From positions 1-64,000 of IMG/VR virus record IMGVR_UViG_3300017963_000192: DNA of 64,000 nt. One strand, 5' to 3'. Position 1 is the stretch's first letter; each line of letters starts with the position of its first letter. Of the stretch, positions 46,402 through 57,414 are shown piece after piece. A program made the translations under genes and the position numbers. A model generated the notes under the pieces. The model was not told where the DNA came from, searched no databases, and saw nothing but the letters and a program-made list of their open reading frames with translations.

Positions 46402-48591
46402 TTATGAATATACCTCGTTATTATCATAGTACGATTCATCATAAATAGCATAGTTTAAAGGGGGTTCTGATAAATCTATCTCTTCTCCTTCAGGATATAG
46501 AATTACTTTATCATCGTTAGCAAATATTACTCGGTACAATATCTCTGGAGGAATAAACTTTTCAAAAAGTAATAAAAGTCTCTCAATATTGTAATCTTCT
46601 ATAGTACTTGAACTTTTACCATATAAAATAATAACTAATGATGTGGATTTTTTAAGTCTCATAAATAGATTATTTATACTGTATTTATCATATAATATTA
46701 GATTTTCAGGCTTTTCTAAACTAGTATAATTGTATAATCTTGGATATATAGAAGTGTTCGGAGAAAACCCACCAATATCTACAAAAAAGTTTGTTTCAGT
46801 AGAAGTTAAAAAATACATATTATCTAAAGATGTCCCTCTATATATCTTATAAAAATCAGTATCAAAAGCATAATCCCACATTAAAACATTTACACCAGTA
46901 TAAACATTAGGCCACCATCTTCTATCCACTCTCAATGATTGAATATCTGTTTCCGCACCATCATTTGTACACGATGAAATCCCGTAATAATAATCATTTC
47001 TAGTTAATCCGGTTGATGTTGATGCAAAGATATAGGAGGTTCTATGGGTGTTATATAAGTCGTCTCTATAGTAAATATAATAATCATCAAAAGATTCGAG
47101 ATTGTTTTTAAAAGCATCTAATAATAATTCTAAACTCCTTTCATAAGACGCATATTCAAATGCTTTAAATACTTCAGAAGCTATAGCTCTAAATATTGTT
47201 TCACTTTCATCCCCTTGTTTATATAATTCAATTAATGGTGCATACATATCAACAAAAGAAGAATATCTCGCTTCAGAAATTGATACGTCTGTTTGAATAG
47301 CTTCAGCCTCTGTTTCAACCTCATCATATTGAACACCTAAAGAATAAAACCAAGAATAAAGATTAATTGTTCTTATACTGTACGGTGCTGATTGTCTTGA
47401 AAATTTTATATTATATTTATCCCTTGCTTGAAATGATACTAACGTTTCTCCTTTATTAAAAGAGTAATTTAAATCAAATTCCCCATAATTTCCTGTTGAA
47501 GTAGTAAAAGAGTAGATATCATTTATAAAAACATCTAATTTACTATTAGATACTCCTAAATATCCTTTTAAATTGTATGGTTGATCCTTAAAATAAGGAA
47601 TTGCGTATGCTGTTTTATCATAGTAATTAGAATCAATAAGAGCTGCTTTTAAAAGTTTCCATTGAGTTTGTTGTAAAACAGCATTATCGGAATTACCTGC
47701 CGATCTTAAATAAGGGTACGCTTGTAGAAAGTCAACAGTATATAAAAAGTATTTTACTTCTTCGCTTGTTTTAGAACCAGTTCCGTTTGATACAACTGTA
47801 TAAATGTATCTCGTATCCGAAACGTAAGTAGTATCAATGTAGCTATTAACAAATGAGTTTCCAACTAAAACAGAACTTGAAGTATCTTCTATGAAATATT
47901 GTAAATTATCCTCTAATATTGAATATTCCTCTGAATTATCACTTGCTTGAGTAACCTTATTAGAATCACTCATAACAAATTCGCCTTCAGTTGTTATTTC
48001 ACCAAACCATATACATCTTTTTATCCTATCTGTAATCCAAAAAGCTTTGCCAACTTCTAGGCTAGAATGAGTTAAAGTACCATCGTCATATGTAACATCA
48101 GAAAGTTGCGTTATATTTTTTCTATAAACAGAAAAGTCAACAAGAGATGAATTTCTTCCTGTACTAGTACTTAATTCATCCCAAGATAGCATTGCATCAT
48201 ATCCATCATATCTTATCATTAAATTTGACGGTTTTGTTGGAGCAATATAAGTAGAGATTACATCAGAATAATTAGACATGTCGTTAGCTACTGAAATGCC
48301 TATCATTTTGATGTAAATCATTCTTCCGTCAGATGCACCAGATGGAATTGAATATGTAAAATAAACAGTACTTCCAGATTCTGTAGTGTAATTGCTTTGG
48401 GTATCTCCTGGCTCATAATGAACAAAGTCTATTAAAAAAGAATCCTCTTCATAAGTAATATCATCATAGCTTTTATAAAGGTAATAACCGCCTATATCTC
48501 CAGTAGGTTTATCAAAAGAAATTACGATAGTTGTAGTTCCGTTCAATAAATCTTGAGAATATAGTGCAATGTTATTAATATCACCTATCAC
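46402..48591 (-). CDS. baseplate wedge-like structural protein
   Basis: FN3-like segments; C-terminal IERLL..FIPP; position in the tail module. Confidence 0.5.
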   Translation of the reverse strand: MIGDINNIALYSQDLLNGTTTIVISFDKPTGDIGGYYLYKSYDDITYEEDSFLIDFVHYEPGDTQSNYTTESGSTVYFTYSIPSGASDGRMIYIKMIGISVANDMSNYSDVISTYIAPTKPSNLMIRYDGYDAMLSWDELSTSTGRNSSLVDFSVYRKNITQLSDVTYDDGTLTHSSLEVGKAFWITDRIKRCIWFGEITTEGEFVMSDSNKVTQASDNSEEYSILEDNLQYFIEDTSSSVLVGNSFVNSYIDTTYVSDTRYIYTVVSNGTGSKTSEEVKYFLYTVDFLQAYPYLRSAGNSDNAVLQQTQWKLLKAALIDSNYYDKTAYAIPYFKDQPYNLKGYLGVSNSKLDVFINDIYSFTTSTGNYGEFDLNYSFNKGETLVSFQARDKYNIKFSRQSAPYSIRTINLYSWFYSLGVQYDEVETEAEAIQTDVSISEARYSSFVDMYAPLIELYKQGDESETIFRAIASEVFKAFEYASYERSLELLLDAFKNNLESFDDYYIYYRDDLYNTHRTSYIFASTSTGLTRNDYYYGISSCTNDGAETDIQSLRVDRRWWPNVYTGVNVLMWDYAFDTDFYKIYRGTSLDNMYFLTSTETNFFVDIGGFSPNTSIYPRLYNYTSLEKPENLILYDKYSINNLFMRLKKSTSLVIILYGKSSSTIEDYNIERLLLLFEKFIPPEILYRVIFANDDKVILYPEGEEIDLSEPPLNYAIYDESYYDNNEVYS

Positions 48592-49589
48592 CTTTTCTTT
48601 CTCCTCTTACGTCTTTTGCTTTTTGGCATTGCAAAAACATCTATCTTATCTATTTTATCTTTACAGTAATGGTATAAGCTATCTTTTAATTTCATATTTG
48701 GCATTCCTGTTAATATACCACCTTCAGTAGAATTGACAGCATCAACTTTTAGTTTTTTTATTAAATCTAAAAAACTATTTCTATAAAAAATGAATGTTTT
48801 ACTTGTCTTTACGAGGTTTCTATTAACGTCTTTTATTTCTGAATCAGACTTGATTTCCATAGCCTTTAATTTTTCTATATGTTCTATCTGTTCAGGACTT
48901 CCAGGTTCAAGAGTATCGTCATATATTTTTCTGTCTAAGAACCCATCACAATAAGCTTTTCCATCAGTATAAGCAAAATCGTATCCCATTAATATTACTT
49001 TACTTGGATTGAAATGAGATACTACCTGTAACATTGTTGCTCCTATAAAAAATCTATTAAAAATAGTTCCAAAAGCCCCAGTAGATTTTGTAAGTTTTTT
49101 CAAAGCATTCCCTTTACTTGAATTTGGTACATCGGCTTGATTAAAGAAAAATATTTTTCCTTTCCAACAATCAAGTATGTCTGGATGGGCTGATGTAGGA
49201 CATATTAGATTTATCTCCGATGTTTCCAAATCATTCCAAAATCTAACAAACATATCTGATGGGTCGATATTTACTACAAAATCTGGTTTAATATCATATT
49301 CTAATAGTTTATATAGTGTAACATCACACGATAAAATAATAACATTTTTTTCATATTTTTTAAGGATATTCACGTTTTTATCTAGTGACGGACCACCTAC
49401 TACAAGGACAAAAGGCTTATTCCTATAAGGCATTGTTCTCTGTAAAAAAGAGAAAGGTCTTGAATTTTCTGAAACAAAAATCTTACTATTTAGATTAGCT
49501 AAATAATTTTTTGTCCACTTTTCTATTATAGGATCATTTCTCGTTACAGTATTTTCTATTCTAACTTCTTTAATATTATTTAAATTCAT
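48588..49589 (-). CDS. Maf/DUF115 (MptE-like) putative nonulosonate transferase
   Basis: VVGGPSLDKN..ILSCD..L..IKPDFVVNID, ILMGYDFAY. Confidence 0.78.
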   Translation of the reverse strand: MNLNNIKEVRIENTVTRNDPIIEKWTKNYLANLNSKIFVSENSRPFSFLQRTMPYRNKPFVLVVGGPSLDKNVNILKKYEKNVIILSCDVTLYKLLEYDIKPDFVVNIDPSDMFVRFWNDLETSEINLICPTSAHPDILDCWKGKIFFFNQADVPNSSKGNALKKLTKSTGAFGTIFNRFFIGATMLQVVSHFNPSKVILMGYDFAYTDGKAYCDGFLDRKIYDDTLEPGSPEQIEHIEKLKAMEIKSDSEIKDVNRNLVKTSKTFIFYRNSFLDLIKKLKVDAVNSTEGGILTGMPNMKLKDSLYHYCKDKIDKIDVFAMPKSKRRKRRKKR

Positions 49590-49604
49590 TTAGTTTTATC
49601 TCCT

Positions 49605-51896
49605 TTAATTGTGTATAAATAAAGTCTTTGGTACTTTTGATATTGCCCCCCTTCCATAAATTTTTAACATTTCTTTTATAAATAACCAATCAGCTTCGTG
49701 AACCCTATGTTTCCATCCTATTTTACGAGCAATCGGTGTTCTTACCATAAAACAACCACAATCAATACTACCAAAAACTAAACGAGTATTTATAAGATTC
49801 CAATCCCAATAGTTATGAAGGCAGTTGCAGTACGCCCCAAGTACTTTACTATTGGTAAAAGGTAGTACCATATATTCCAAGAACTTTGGAATGTAATAAT
49901 TATCAGCACCAGTAAATACTATTAAATCACTCTTTTCAGATACTCTAGTCAATCCATAACTTCTGGGGGTATGACCAACATCGTTATATCTTTTATCTGT
50001 TTTCATTACTTTAATTTTGTTGCTGTGCTTTCTAAAATCATCTAACATTTCTTCTGTTTTTATAGACATTGGACCATCATGAATTAGTAATATTTCATAA
50101 TTAGGATACGTTTGGGAAAGAATTGAGGCTACAGCAACAGGATAACAATCATATATTGGAATTATAAAAGATACTAAACGGGATGTGTCTACAACATCAC
50201 TTTTTTTATTAGCTGATTCAAGTAATGCATTTCTCTGTTGTATGTTAGGTCTTTCTCCTCTAATTTGATTAATATTATTGCGTGTTTCATTACTTATTGC
50301 TGATATTATTTTATTATTATCCATACTTAATGCCGGATAAGAAAAAACAGGAGAAAGATTAAAATTGATATTGTAAAAAGGATCACCCTTTTTTAATATT
50401 TCAGAATGTCTTTGTAGCATATATCTCTTATCTTGTTGTTTTATTTCATTTCTTTCTCTTACTGAAATTATAGAACCTTTATTTTTACTTTCTTTGTGAG
50501 TTCCTCGACATAAAGGAGTAAACACATTATAATATCCTTTCTCGTACAATCTTAAACAAAAATCAACATCAGCAAAATCGATTATTAACTCTTTATCATT
50601 AAATTTATCAATCTCTTCATAAACACTTTTTTTAAACATCATACAAGCATCAGAAACAGAACTTACATTTTGAATATTTATGGCTCTGTTATAATATCCT
50701 GCATAAGAAGATGATTGATTTTTGTATGGGTATATAACTATTTCTGGACCTTTTACAAAATAATTTGTGTGTTGTATGGTATTATTTGGAAATAATAGTT
50801 TACCTCCAACAGCACCTACTTCTGATCTTTGAGAATGATCTAATAAACATTCAATCCAATTTTCATTGATAGGTTCGAAATCATCATGAGTTATTATTAT
50901 GTGTTCTCCTTGAGCAACGTCAACACCAGCATTTAGAAATTTCCCGTAGTTAAAACCTTCATTAGTATAAACTATTTTAGCTTTTCCACTAATTCTATTT
51001 AGCTTATTTTGAGTATCTTCAACATTGCTAACAACAATTAATTCAACATTTCTATAAGTTGATTTTATTAATATTTCTCTAATACATTTTTCTAAATTTA
51101 TTATGTTATCTTTATAAGGAATGATTATACTAACTATAGGATTGCCAATAACATCTCTTTTTAAAGAGTAGTTCCCAAAAGATTTGCCAAAGTCTACTGA
51201 ACCTCCACCATGTCTTCTTTTTAAAGCTGTTTCTATGCAACTTTTCCCTCTCTCCCATACTGCATTTTTAGAGGAATTGTCATGTGTTATAGAAGATTGA
51301 ACGATTCTCCATAGATATAAAACTTTTGAGATATGTGCTACTTTATCAGTTTTTTCAACAACTCTTAATAAGAAATCATGATCCTGTGCTCCATCATAAC
51401 CCCCTCTTAAACCTCCAGCTTGTTCATATAATTCCCTTTTTAACATTACAAAATGGCATATATAATTTTGAGATAATAGCATATCTGGAGAGAAGTCTGG
51501 TTTATAATGCACACCAGATAATTTTCCGTCCATTGACAACAAAGCCTCATCTGAATAAACCATATCAGAATTTGTTTCTCTTAAAGTTTTAACAGATAAT
51601 TCAAGGGCATCTGCGGTGAGTTCGTCATCACTATCTATAAATGCAATATATTCCCCTTTTGAAATCTCAAAAGCTCTTTGTGTAGCCTCGCCAATTCCTA
51701 CATTGGTAGGTAAATTAATTATTTTTATTTTAGGATGGTCAATTGAATTTAAGAAGTTTATAGTAGCATTGTCTGTAGAACCGTCATTTGTAATACACCA
51801 TTCCCATTCCTCATATGTCTGATTCTTTACGGATTCAAGACACATCGCTAACAAGGCTACGTTAGTGTTGTGTATTGGTGTTAAAATAGAAACCAT
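49605..51896 (-). CDS. three-domain GT2 glycosyltransferase
   Basis: Three xSIxxP..D..DxD repeats. Confidence 0.9.
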   Translation of the reverse strand: MVSILTPIHNTNVALLAMCLESVKNQTYEEWEWCITNDGSTDNATINFLNSIDHPKIKIINLPTNVGIGEATQRAFEISKGEYIAFIDSDDELTADALELSVKTLRETNSDMVYSDEALLSMDGKLSGVHYKPDFSPDMLLSQNYICHFVMLKRELYEQAGGLRGGYDGAQDHDFLLRVVEKTDKVAHISKVLYLWRIVQSSITHDNSSKNAVWERGKSCIETALKRRHGGGSVDFGKSFGNYSLKRDVIGNPIVSIIIPYKDNIINLEKCIREILIKSTYRNVELIVVSNVEDTQNKLNRISGKAKIVYTNEGFNYGKFLNAGVDVAQGEHIIITHDDFEPINENWIECLLDHSQRSEVGAVGGKLLFPNNTIQHTNYFVKGPEIVIYPYKNQSSSYAGYYNRAINIQNVSSVSDACMMFKKSVYEEIDKFNDKELIIDFADVDFCLRLYEKGYYNVFTPLCRGTHKESKNKGSIISVRERNEIKQQDKRYMLQRHSEILKKGDPFYNINFNLSPVFSYPALSMDNNKIISAISNETRNNINQIRGERPNIQQRNALLESANKKSDVVDTSRLVSFIIPIYDCYPVAVASILSQTYPNYEILLIHDGPMSIKTEEMLDDFRKHSNKIKVMKTDKRYNDVGHTPRSYGLTRVSEKSDLIVFTGADNYYIPKFLEYMVLPFTNSKVLGAYCNCLHNYWDWNLINTRLVFGSIDCGCFMVRTPIARKIGWKHRVHEADWLFIKEMLKIYGRGAISKVPKTLFIHN

Positions 51897-51898
51897 TA

Positions 51899-52333
51899 TT
51901 ATTCCTTTTTATATAAATTAATAATATCACTACAAATACCTGAACATTTTATGGTAGGAAAAGATATTCTTGATTCTTCTGGAAGAACGCATATAGATTT
52001 TTTTGTTAGACTTTTTCCTGGGAATGTCCAAATATATCCGTTTGATGTTAAGGTAACTTCATCAGTATCGTGAAAAAAACAAATCGTGTTTAATTCAAGA
52101 AGACGGTGTAACGCAATGCTGGTTTTTGCATGACACCATATCCTAGAATCTTTAAGAAAGTCTTCATCAATATCATATTCTGGTCTATCGTGTCCAAGGT
52201 AAAATGTTTTAGTATCATACCAAACATCTACCTCAACATTATATCCAATATCCAGAGCTTCTTTTATATAATCTGGATGATTTTCTCTATCAGATTTTCC
52301 GTTTATGTTTCCTCTATGGGCGATAAGTATCAT
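51899..52333 (-). CDS. GDPD/PI-PLC-like phosphodiesterase
   Basis: IAHRGN, VEVDVW, LGHD, WCHAK. Confidence 0.8.
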   Translation of the reverse strand: MILIAHRGNINGKSDRENHPDYIKEALDIGYNVEVDVWYDTKTFYLGHDRPEYDIDEDFLKDSRIWCHAKTSIALHRLLELNTICFFHDTDEVTLTSNGYIWTFPGKSLTKKSICVLPEESRISFPTIKCSGICSDIINLYKKE

Positions 52334-52904
52334 CTTTAGGCTCCAATATTAGAAATCCCTGGTGTCGGTAATCTTTAATAAAGTTGTGTGTATCAAAATA
52401 TTTATCATAAATAAATTCGTTTGACATTCTAAATCTATCAATGAAATCTTGTTCCCATTTAAGTTCGTAATCACCATCTTCATATAATTGAAGATCATCT
52501 ATTATAAAAACATCTTTACACTTTTTTCTTGTTTCATAAATTAAGTTGATTTCCCATTCTAAAGGGAATTTTAGATTAAATTCGATATTGTCATAATAGC
52601 TCCCTAATTGGAAATCAGCACCAGGAAAATGGGCATCAAGCCAAAATAAAATAGTATCATTTTTATCTGTTTCTTTAAGTATCTTTTTGAGACCATCGAT
52701 AGAAGTTGCATTAATTAGTTTAAGTCTGTTTGATGCAAATTTGTTTTTACACTCATTATATAGTTGAGTATGTATCTCGATAGAATAAAGTTTATCGAAC
52801 CTGTATTTCAAAGCGTGTTCTATTCCAGTTCCTTTTCCTGTTCCAGTTTCTACAAAGATATTACAATTATACTTTGATAAATCATGTAGATATAATTCAC
52901 CCAT
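52314..52904 (-). CDS. SAM methyltransferase-like protein
   Basis: FVETGTGKG, SIEI, FWLDAH, IIDD. Confidence 0.75.
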   Translation of the reverse strand: MGELYLHDLSKYNCNIFVETGTGKGTGIEHALKYRFDKLYSIEIHTQLYNECKNKFASNRLKLINATSIDGLKKILKETDKNDTILFWLDAHFPGADFQLGSYYDNIEFNLKFPLEWEINLIYETRKKCKDVFIIDDLQLYEDGDYELKWEQDFIDRFRMSNEFIYDKYFDTHNFIKDYRHQGFLILEPKDDTYRP

Positions 52905-53985
52905 CTAAATACTTATCCCCTATCACAGATGGTATTTTTACTACTGTTATTATAGCATCAGTAATTGCTTTAAAATCAGTTGAATCACCTGGTTCTAGAT
53001 AAATTATATCATCTTCTTTATATCTAATACCATCCATTTCAACCTCACCAGATACTATTACACTTATTTCAACTGCTACTTTATGAATATGTCTCGCCTC
53101 AATATCTTCAGCTTTGTATCTTTGAATACCAACTTCGAATTTGTTATTTATAAACAATGATGGTAGAAATGCACCTAAAATCCATCCTCTTGTAAAATCT
53201 TTGACATTATGTATTTTTTTTGTTTTTATTTTTTCCCATTTTCGTTTAAGATGATACGTATCGGTTGATTTTAATATATTTCCAAAATATTCTGCGTTTT
53301 TACCATACAACGACCATCTGTAGATTGATTTTTGTTTGTGTATTAATCCCTTTCCTATTTTATTTGGGTTTATTTCTTTAAAGATATGTCTTATCCATTC
53401 TAGTAAATTTTTTGTACCATTAAAATCTATTGCTACTTTCCCTCTACTATTTAATTTGATAGATCCATCACCGTCACAATAACCTTTAATATACGATAAT
53501 GTGTTAATACCTTCAATATTAGGTGGTTTTAATATTAATGATTTGTTATTGACAATATTAAAATTATTTTTCAGATCATCTATTATTTTACGGCATTTAA
53601 TTAACAATCTTACTTGATCACTTCCTTTTTTAATTTTTCTTTTTTTAATAAACCCATCATATTTTATAGATTTTTTAAAAGATAACAATAAATCCGAATC
53701 TTTTTCAGATATACTTATTTCTAAAGTTTTCCCATCTTTTCTTATATAACCATCAGCAGCGATAAAACCTGCCCAATACGAATTTTCTATGTTTGGTTTC
53801 TCAAAAAAACAAGTATCTAAATTATATATTCTATAAGGTTTGTATTCTAAACCTAACTCAACTATTTTAGTTCGTATAGATCGCCAACCTCTTTCTAATT
53901 TGTTAATTAAAAACAATCTGTCTTTCATATTATTCTTTTTAAGAAAGTCTATCTCAAAATTTGACCATCTTTTATATTTCCTCAC
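52897..53985 (-). CDS. LAGLIDADG homing endonuclease fused to a cupin
   Basis: YWAGFIAADG and YIKGYCDGDG; C-terminal DFTRGW..H.HKVA.E..GD..D. Confidence 0.85.
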   Translation of the reverse strand: MRKYKRWSNFEIDFLKKNNMKDRLFLINKLERGWRSIRTKIVELGLEYKPYRIYNLDTCFFEKPNIENSYWAGFIAADGYIRKDGKTLEISISEKDSDLLLSFKKSIKYDGFIKKRKIKKGSDQVRLLIKCRKIIDDLKNNFNIVNNKSLILKPPNIEGINTLSYIKGYCDGDGSIKLNSRGKVAIDFNGTKNLLEWIRHIFKEINPNKIGKGLIHKQKSIYRWSLYGKNAEYFGNILKSTDTYHLKRKWEKIKTKKIHNVKDFTRGWILGAFLPSLFINNKFEVGIQRYKAEDIEARHIHKVAVEISVIVSGEVEMDGIRYKEDDIIYLEPGDSTDFKAITDAIITVVKIPSVIGDKYLDG

Positions 53986-53986
53986 A

Positions 53987-54754
53987 TCAAACTCCTAATT
54001 CTAGATACTCCTCTAAATCTTCTGGTGTTCCTAGTCCATGCATAGCACAAGTTGGGACTGGGAAAGCCGCAACCTTTTTATTTTTTGGTATAATCAACTC
54101 GTTATATGTTGGGCAAACATAAAATTCGTTATTTACCCTTAAATTTTTATGTATCATTTCATCTGCTGCCCATACATAATCAGAGCCTTTGGCAAACCAA
54201 TACAATCCGATAGTTGCATACGTTGATATTGGTTCTTTTTCTCTAACTCTTATAACATTACCATCTTCATCTAGTTCAGCGTAAGACCACTTAGGATGTG
54301 TTGCGTGAAATACTGGAATCGCTCCATCTGATTTAGTTATTTCTATACTCTTCATAAATAAATCAATACTCCAATCTACTAATTGATCACTGTTTGCTAT
54401 TAGTAGTTGTGTATCATTATTTATTAAATCTCTCGCTTTTAAAACAGTACAAGCAGCTCCCTCGGTAATATAATCTATTTGTATTATGTCTGAAGATATG
54501 GCTACTTTTTTGCCATACGAATTTTCTATTGCCTCTCTTATTTTTACATCAAAATTAAATTGTTCGCAATGTTTCTTTTGAACAATAAAGATAAATCTCA
54601 TACCGTATTTTGCAAAATCCAAATTTTCTATAACTCTTTGTATCATTGGTTTGCCGTTTACTGGTATAAAAGGTTTCGGAACTTCATATCCAGCGTCTTT
54701 AAATCTTTTTCCTTCCCCCGCCATAGGAATGCAAATATTAATCGTTTTATTCAT
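53987..54754 (-). CDS. sugar-phosphate nucleotidyltransferase-like protein
   Basis: IPMAGEGKRF..PKP, EK..S..ATIGLY, NNEFYVCP, GLGTPEDL. Confidence 0.85.
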   Translation of the reverse strand: MNKTINICIPMAGEGKRFKDAGYEVPKPFIPVNGKPMIQRVIENLDFAKYGMRFIFIVQKKHCEQFNFDVKIREAIENSYGKKVAISSDIIQIDYITEGAACTVLKARDLINNDTQLLIANSDQLVDWSIDLFMKSIEITKSDGAIPVFHATHPKWSYAELDEDGNVIRVREKEPISTYATIGLYWFAKGSDYVWAADEMIHKNLRVNNEFYVCPTYNELIIPKNKKVAAFPVPTCAMHGLGTPEDLEEYLELGV

Positions 54755-54758
54755 ATCA

Positions 54759-55406
54759 TTACTCCTTTCTTATTTTCTCACAAAACCATAACGCTCTTTG
54801 TCCAGATTCCCAATGACCATTATTTTTTTCTTTCCAATCATAAACGTGTGGACCAGAATTACATGAATTATCCTTTATTCTTTTAAATTTAAAATTATAT
54901 GTATTTAATATATGTTCAATCATTCCTACAGACATTCTTGCTCCTACCCCATGAAGAGATTGATCGTATTCTTTTTGATTTTCATCAATGTAAGTTATAT
55001 CCGAGATGTTCCTACTATCAACAACTTCAGTTTCAAGTATTATATAATTACATAACATACATGTTTCTATTAAAAGTTTTGATGGATTTTTTAAATGATA
55101 AAGTACTCCCATATTTATTATAATATCAACATATTCAATATCAAGAGATTCAATATCAAAATCTTTTTTAATTGTTTTTATATTTTTAAAATTATTTTTA
55201 ATGTAGGAGACATTATCTTGTCTACCCTCAATACAAACAACATTAGCTCCTATTCCATTAAAATAATTTCCTACATCACCATGCCCTGCACCAAGTTCAA
55301 CAATTGATTTATCTTTAAAGAAATCAATAGTATAATGCTTTATTATTGCATTAATTCTTTTTTCTCTCCATTCTATATAATGCCCAATAAACTTATCTTG
55401 TTCCAT
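54759..55406 (-). CDS. class I SAM methyltransferase
   Basis: VELGAGHG, GVLYHL. Confidence 0.8.
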   Translation of the reverse strand: MEQDKFIGHYIEWREKRINAIIKHYTIDFFKDKSIVELGAGHGDVGNYFNGIGANVVCIEGRQDNVSYIKNNFKNIKTIKKDFDIESLDIEYVDIIINMGVLYHLKNPSKLLIETCMLCNYIILETEVVDSRNISDITYIDENQKEYDQSLHGVGARMSVGMIEHILNTYNFKFKRIKDNSCNSGPHVYDWKEKNNGHWESGQRALWFCEKIRKE

Positions 55407-56112
55407 AAATCCAAATCCATTTTGGGTGATGGTCTTCTACTGTTTCAGAAAATTCAGTACAGATGTATTTAAACCCTATATTTGCAAAATCTTCCATCAC
55501 CTCATTTATATTATCAACACGACAGTCAGCTCTCCCATTAGTAACGTCAGCATCATAAAAATCTTCGTAATAACCATATGTTGGAGTGTTATTAATTGAC
55601 ACTCCAAAAGCTAACTGAATACAAATGCTTCCACCATCCTTTAAGCTTTCATACATATTATCTAATATTTTTCTTCTAATCGAATAAGAAGGTATGTGTT
55701 GAAGACATATTACAGAATAACAAAAATCATACTTATCATTAAGTGGCACACTCGTTCCATCATTTTCAACAAGTATTCCATTGTAGTTATAACCTATATA
55801 ATCCTTAGCATTTTCTAAATTCTTTTTTGATATATCTACACCATCTACTCTATTAAAATGTGGTAACATCCTACGTATCTGTCTACCAGGTCCACAACCA
55901 TACTCATAACAAATATGATCAGGTTTAGGTTCATAGTGTTTAAACAACCAAGATTCATATGGAAACTTTTCTTGATGAGGAAAGTTTCCTACTATTGCGT
56001 CTATTATGCATACACCGTCTCCGTATTTACTATTGTTTGCATTTCCCTCGTACCAATCTTTTTGCATACTAGTGTATTTCTTTTCTTCTTCTGTTTGACT
56101 CATTTCAAACAC
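55393..56112 (-). CDS. class I SAM methyltransferase
   Basis: EYGCGPGR, GVDIS, ICLQHI. Confidence 0.85.
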   Translation of the reverse strand: MFEMSQTEEEKKYTSMQKDWYEGNANNSKYGDGVCIIDAIVGNFPHQEKFPYESWLFKHYEPKPDHICYEYGCGPGRQIRRMLPHFNRVDGVDISKKNLENAKDYIGYNYNGILVENDGTSVPLNDKYDFCYSVICLQHIPSYSIRRKILDNMYESLKDGGSICIQLAFGVSINNTPTYGYYEDFYDADVTNGRADCRVDNINEVMEDFANIGFKYICTEFSETVEDHHPKWIWIYGTR

Positions 56113-56740
56113 TCCTTTTGTCTAACGAATCAATTTTATTAATAACATTTTCTATTGTAACTTCTGTTGGGTCAGCTACCTCTAAAACATTAGCTCCAGA
56201 CATTCTAGCAGAGATTATCCCTTTTTCAGAATCTTCTACAATTAAGGTTTCATTTTTTTCTAGGTTTAATTTATTCATTGCCAAAGTATAACAGTAAGGA
56301 TTGGGTTTTGGTTTATCTTTGAATATTTCGTTACCAAGAACTAAATCCATATATTCAAGTTGTCCTGTTACTTTCAACGCTAGGTTTATAGTTTTTATTA
56401 TTGAATTAGAAACACAAGCCAATAAGTACCCTTTCTTTTTTAGAAATTTATGCAATTCAATCTTTTGTTCATCAATACTTAAATTGGTTTCTATTCTAAT
56501 AAAAGTTTTATCTTGTTTATAAGACCAAACTTTTTCAACATCATTGGGATGTATTATACCACGATTGACTAACATTGCTAATTTTGTTCTAGTAGGTAAA
56601 CCGTTATAGTATTTCCAAAACTCGTTCCCAACAACTTTATAGTCACAAACCTCCGCTAATGCATCATTAAAAGAATCTCGATGAACTTCTACTAATTCGC
56701 AAAGAACTCCATCCATATCGAATATAACACACTTAATCAT
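56105..56740 (-). CDS. HAD-family sugar phosphatase/mutase
   Basis: IFDMDGVL, KP.P, IVEDS..G. Confidence 0.88.
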   Translation of the reverse strand: MIKCVIFDMDGVLCELVEVHRDSFNDALAEVCDYKVVGNEFWKYYNGLPTRTKLAMLVNRGIIHPNDVEKVWSYKQDKTFIRIETNLSIDEQKIELHKFLKKKGYLLACVSNSIIKTINLALKVTGQLEYMDLVLGNEIFKDKPKPNPYCYTLAMNKLNLEKNETLIVEDSEKGIISARMSGANVLEVADPTEVTIENVINKIDSLDKRSV

Positions 56741-57404
56741 TTTTATTATATTCTATTCCATCACCATAATCATATGCATTTTTTGCTAAAATAAAAACAT
56801 CTCTACTAAAAGGTTCTCCTACATATTTTGACAACTCATCTCCCAAACACTGTTCTGTACAAAAATCATTTGTTACTTCTATGTTGTAAAATACCCTATT
56901 TCTAAAAGCAAATTCCCCATCAATTATAAAGAATTGGGGCATAAAGTCGCTTATACCCTCATATTGAAGTCTCCCTTCAACAACATCTGGCGGATTGTCT
57001 ATTGTTGCATGGAATCTCTGACCAATTGCTTGTGAAACACCTGCAACTTTTTTCTCTCTTATCATCCTTGTATAAAGTCTTTCCAATCCTAGTATGTCTG
57101 AAATGTAAGTATCACCTGTTAAAGCTACGACATATTTAAACTCATTAGGCTGTTCATATAAAATAGTGAAAGCACGATTATAGTTTCTTGTAACGGAATT
57201 TGCTGCTAATTTATATGGGTTAATAGTACCGCCTAAATTAGGGAAAACTTCGAACACGTCATATCCAGTAATTGTTTGACCAGAATCTGATTGGATAACA
57301 ATAACAAAACTGTCATCTCTGTAATGATGTTTAATCATATTAATGTTATGTTGCACAACATCTTTTTCATTATACATTGTTATACAAAAAGCTACTTTTT
57401 TCAC
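56733..57404 (-). CDS. glycosyltransferase-like protein
   Basis: FCITMYN.., ALTGD; cluster context. Confidence 0.5.
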   Translation of the reverse strand: MKKVAFCITMYNEKDVVQHNINMIKHHYRDDSFVIVIQSDSGQTITGYDVFEVFPNLGGTINPYKLAANSVTRNYNRAFTILYEQPNEFKYVVALTGDTYISDILGLERLYTRMIREKKVAGVSQAIGQRFHATIDNPPDVVEGRLQYEGISDFMPQFFIIDGEFAFRNRVFYNIEVTNDFCTEQCLGDELSKYVGEPFSRDVFILAKNAYDYGDGIEYNKND

Positions 57405-57414
57405 AAACGTCCCT

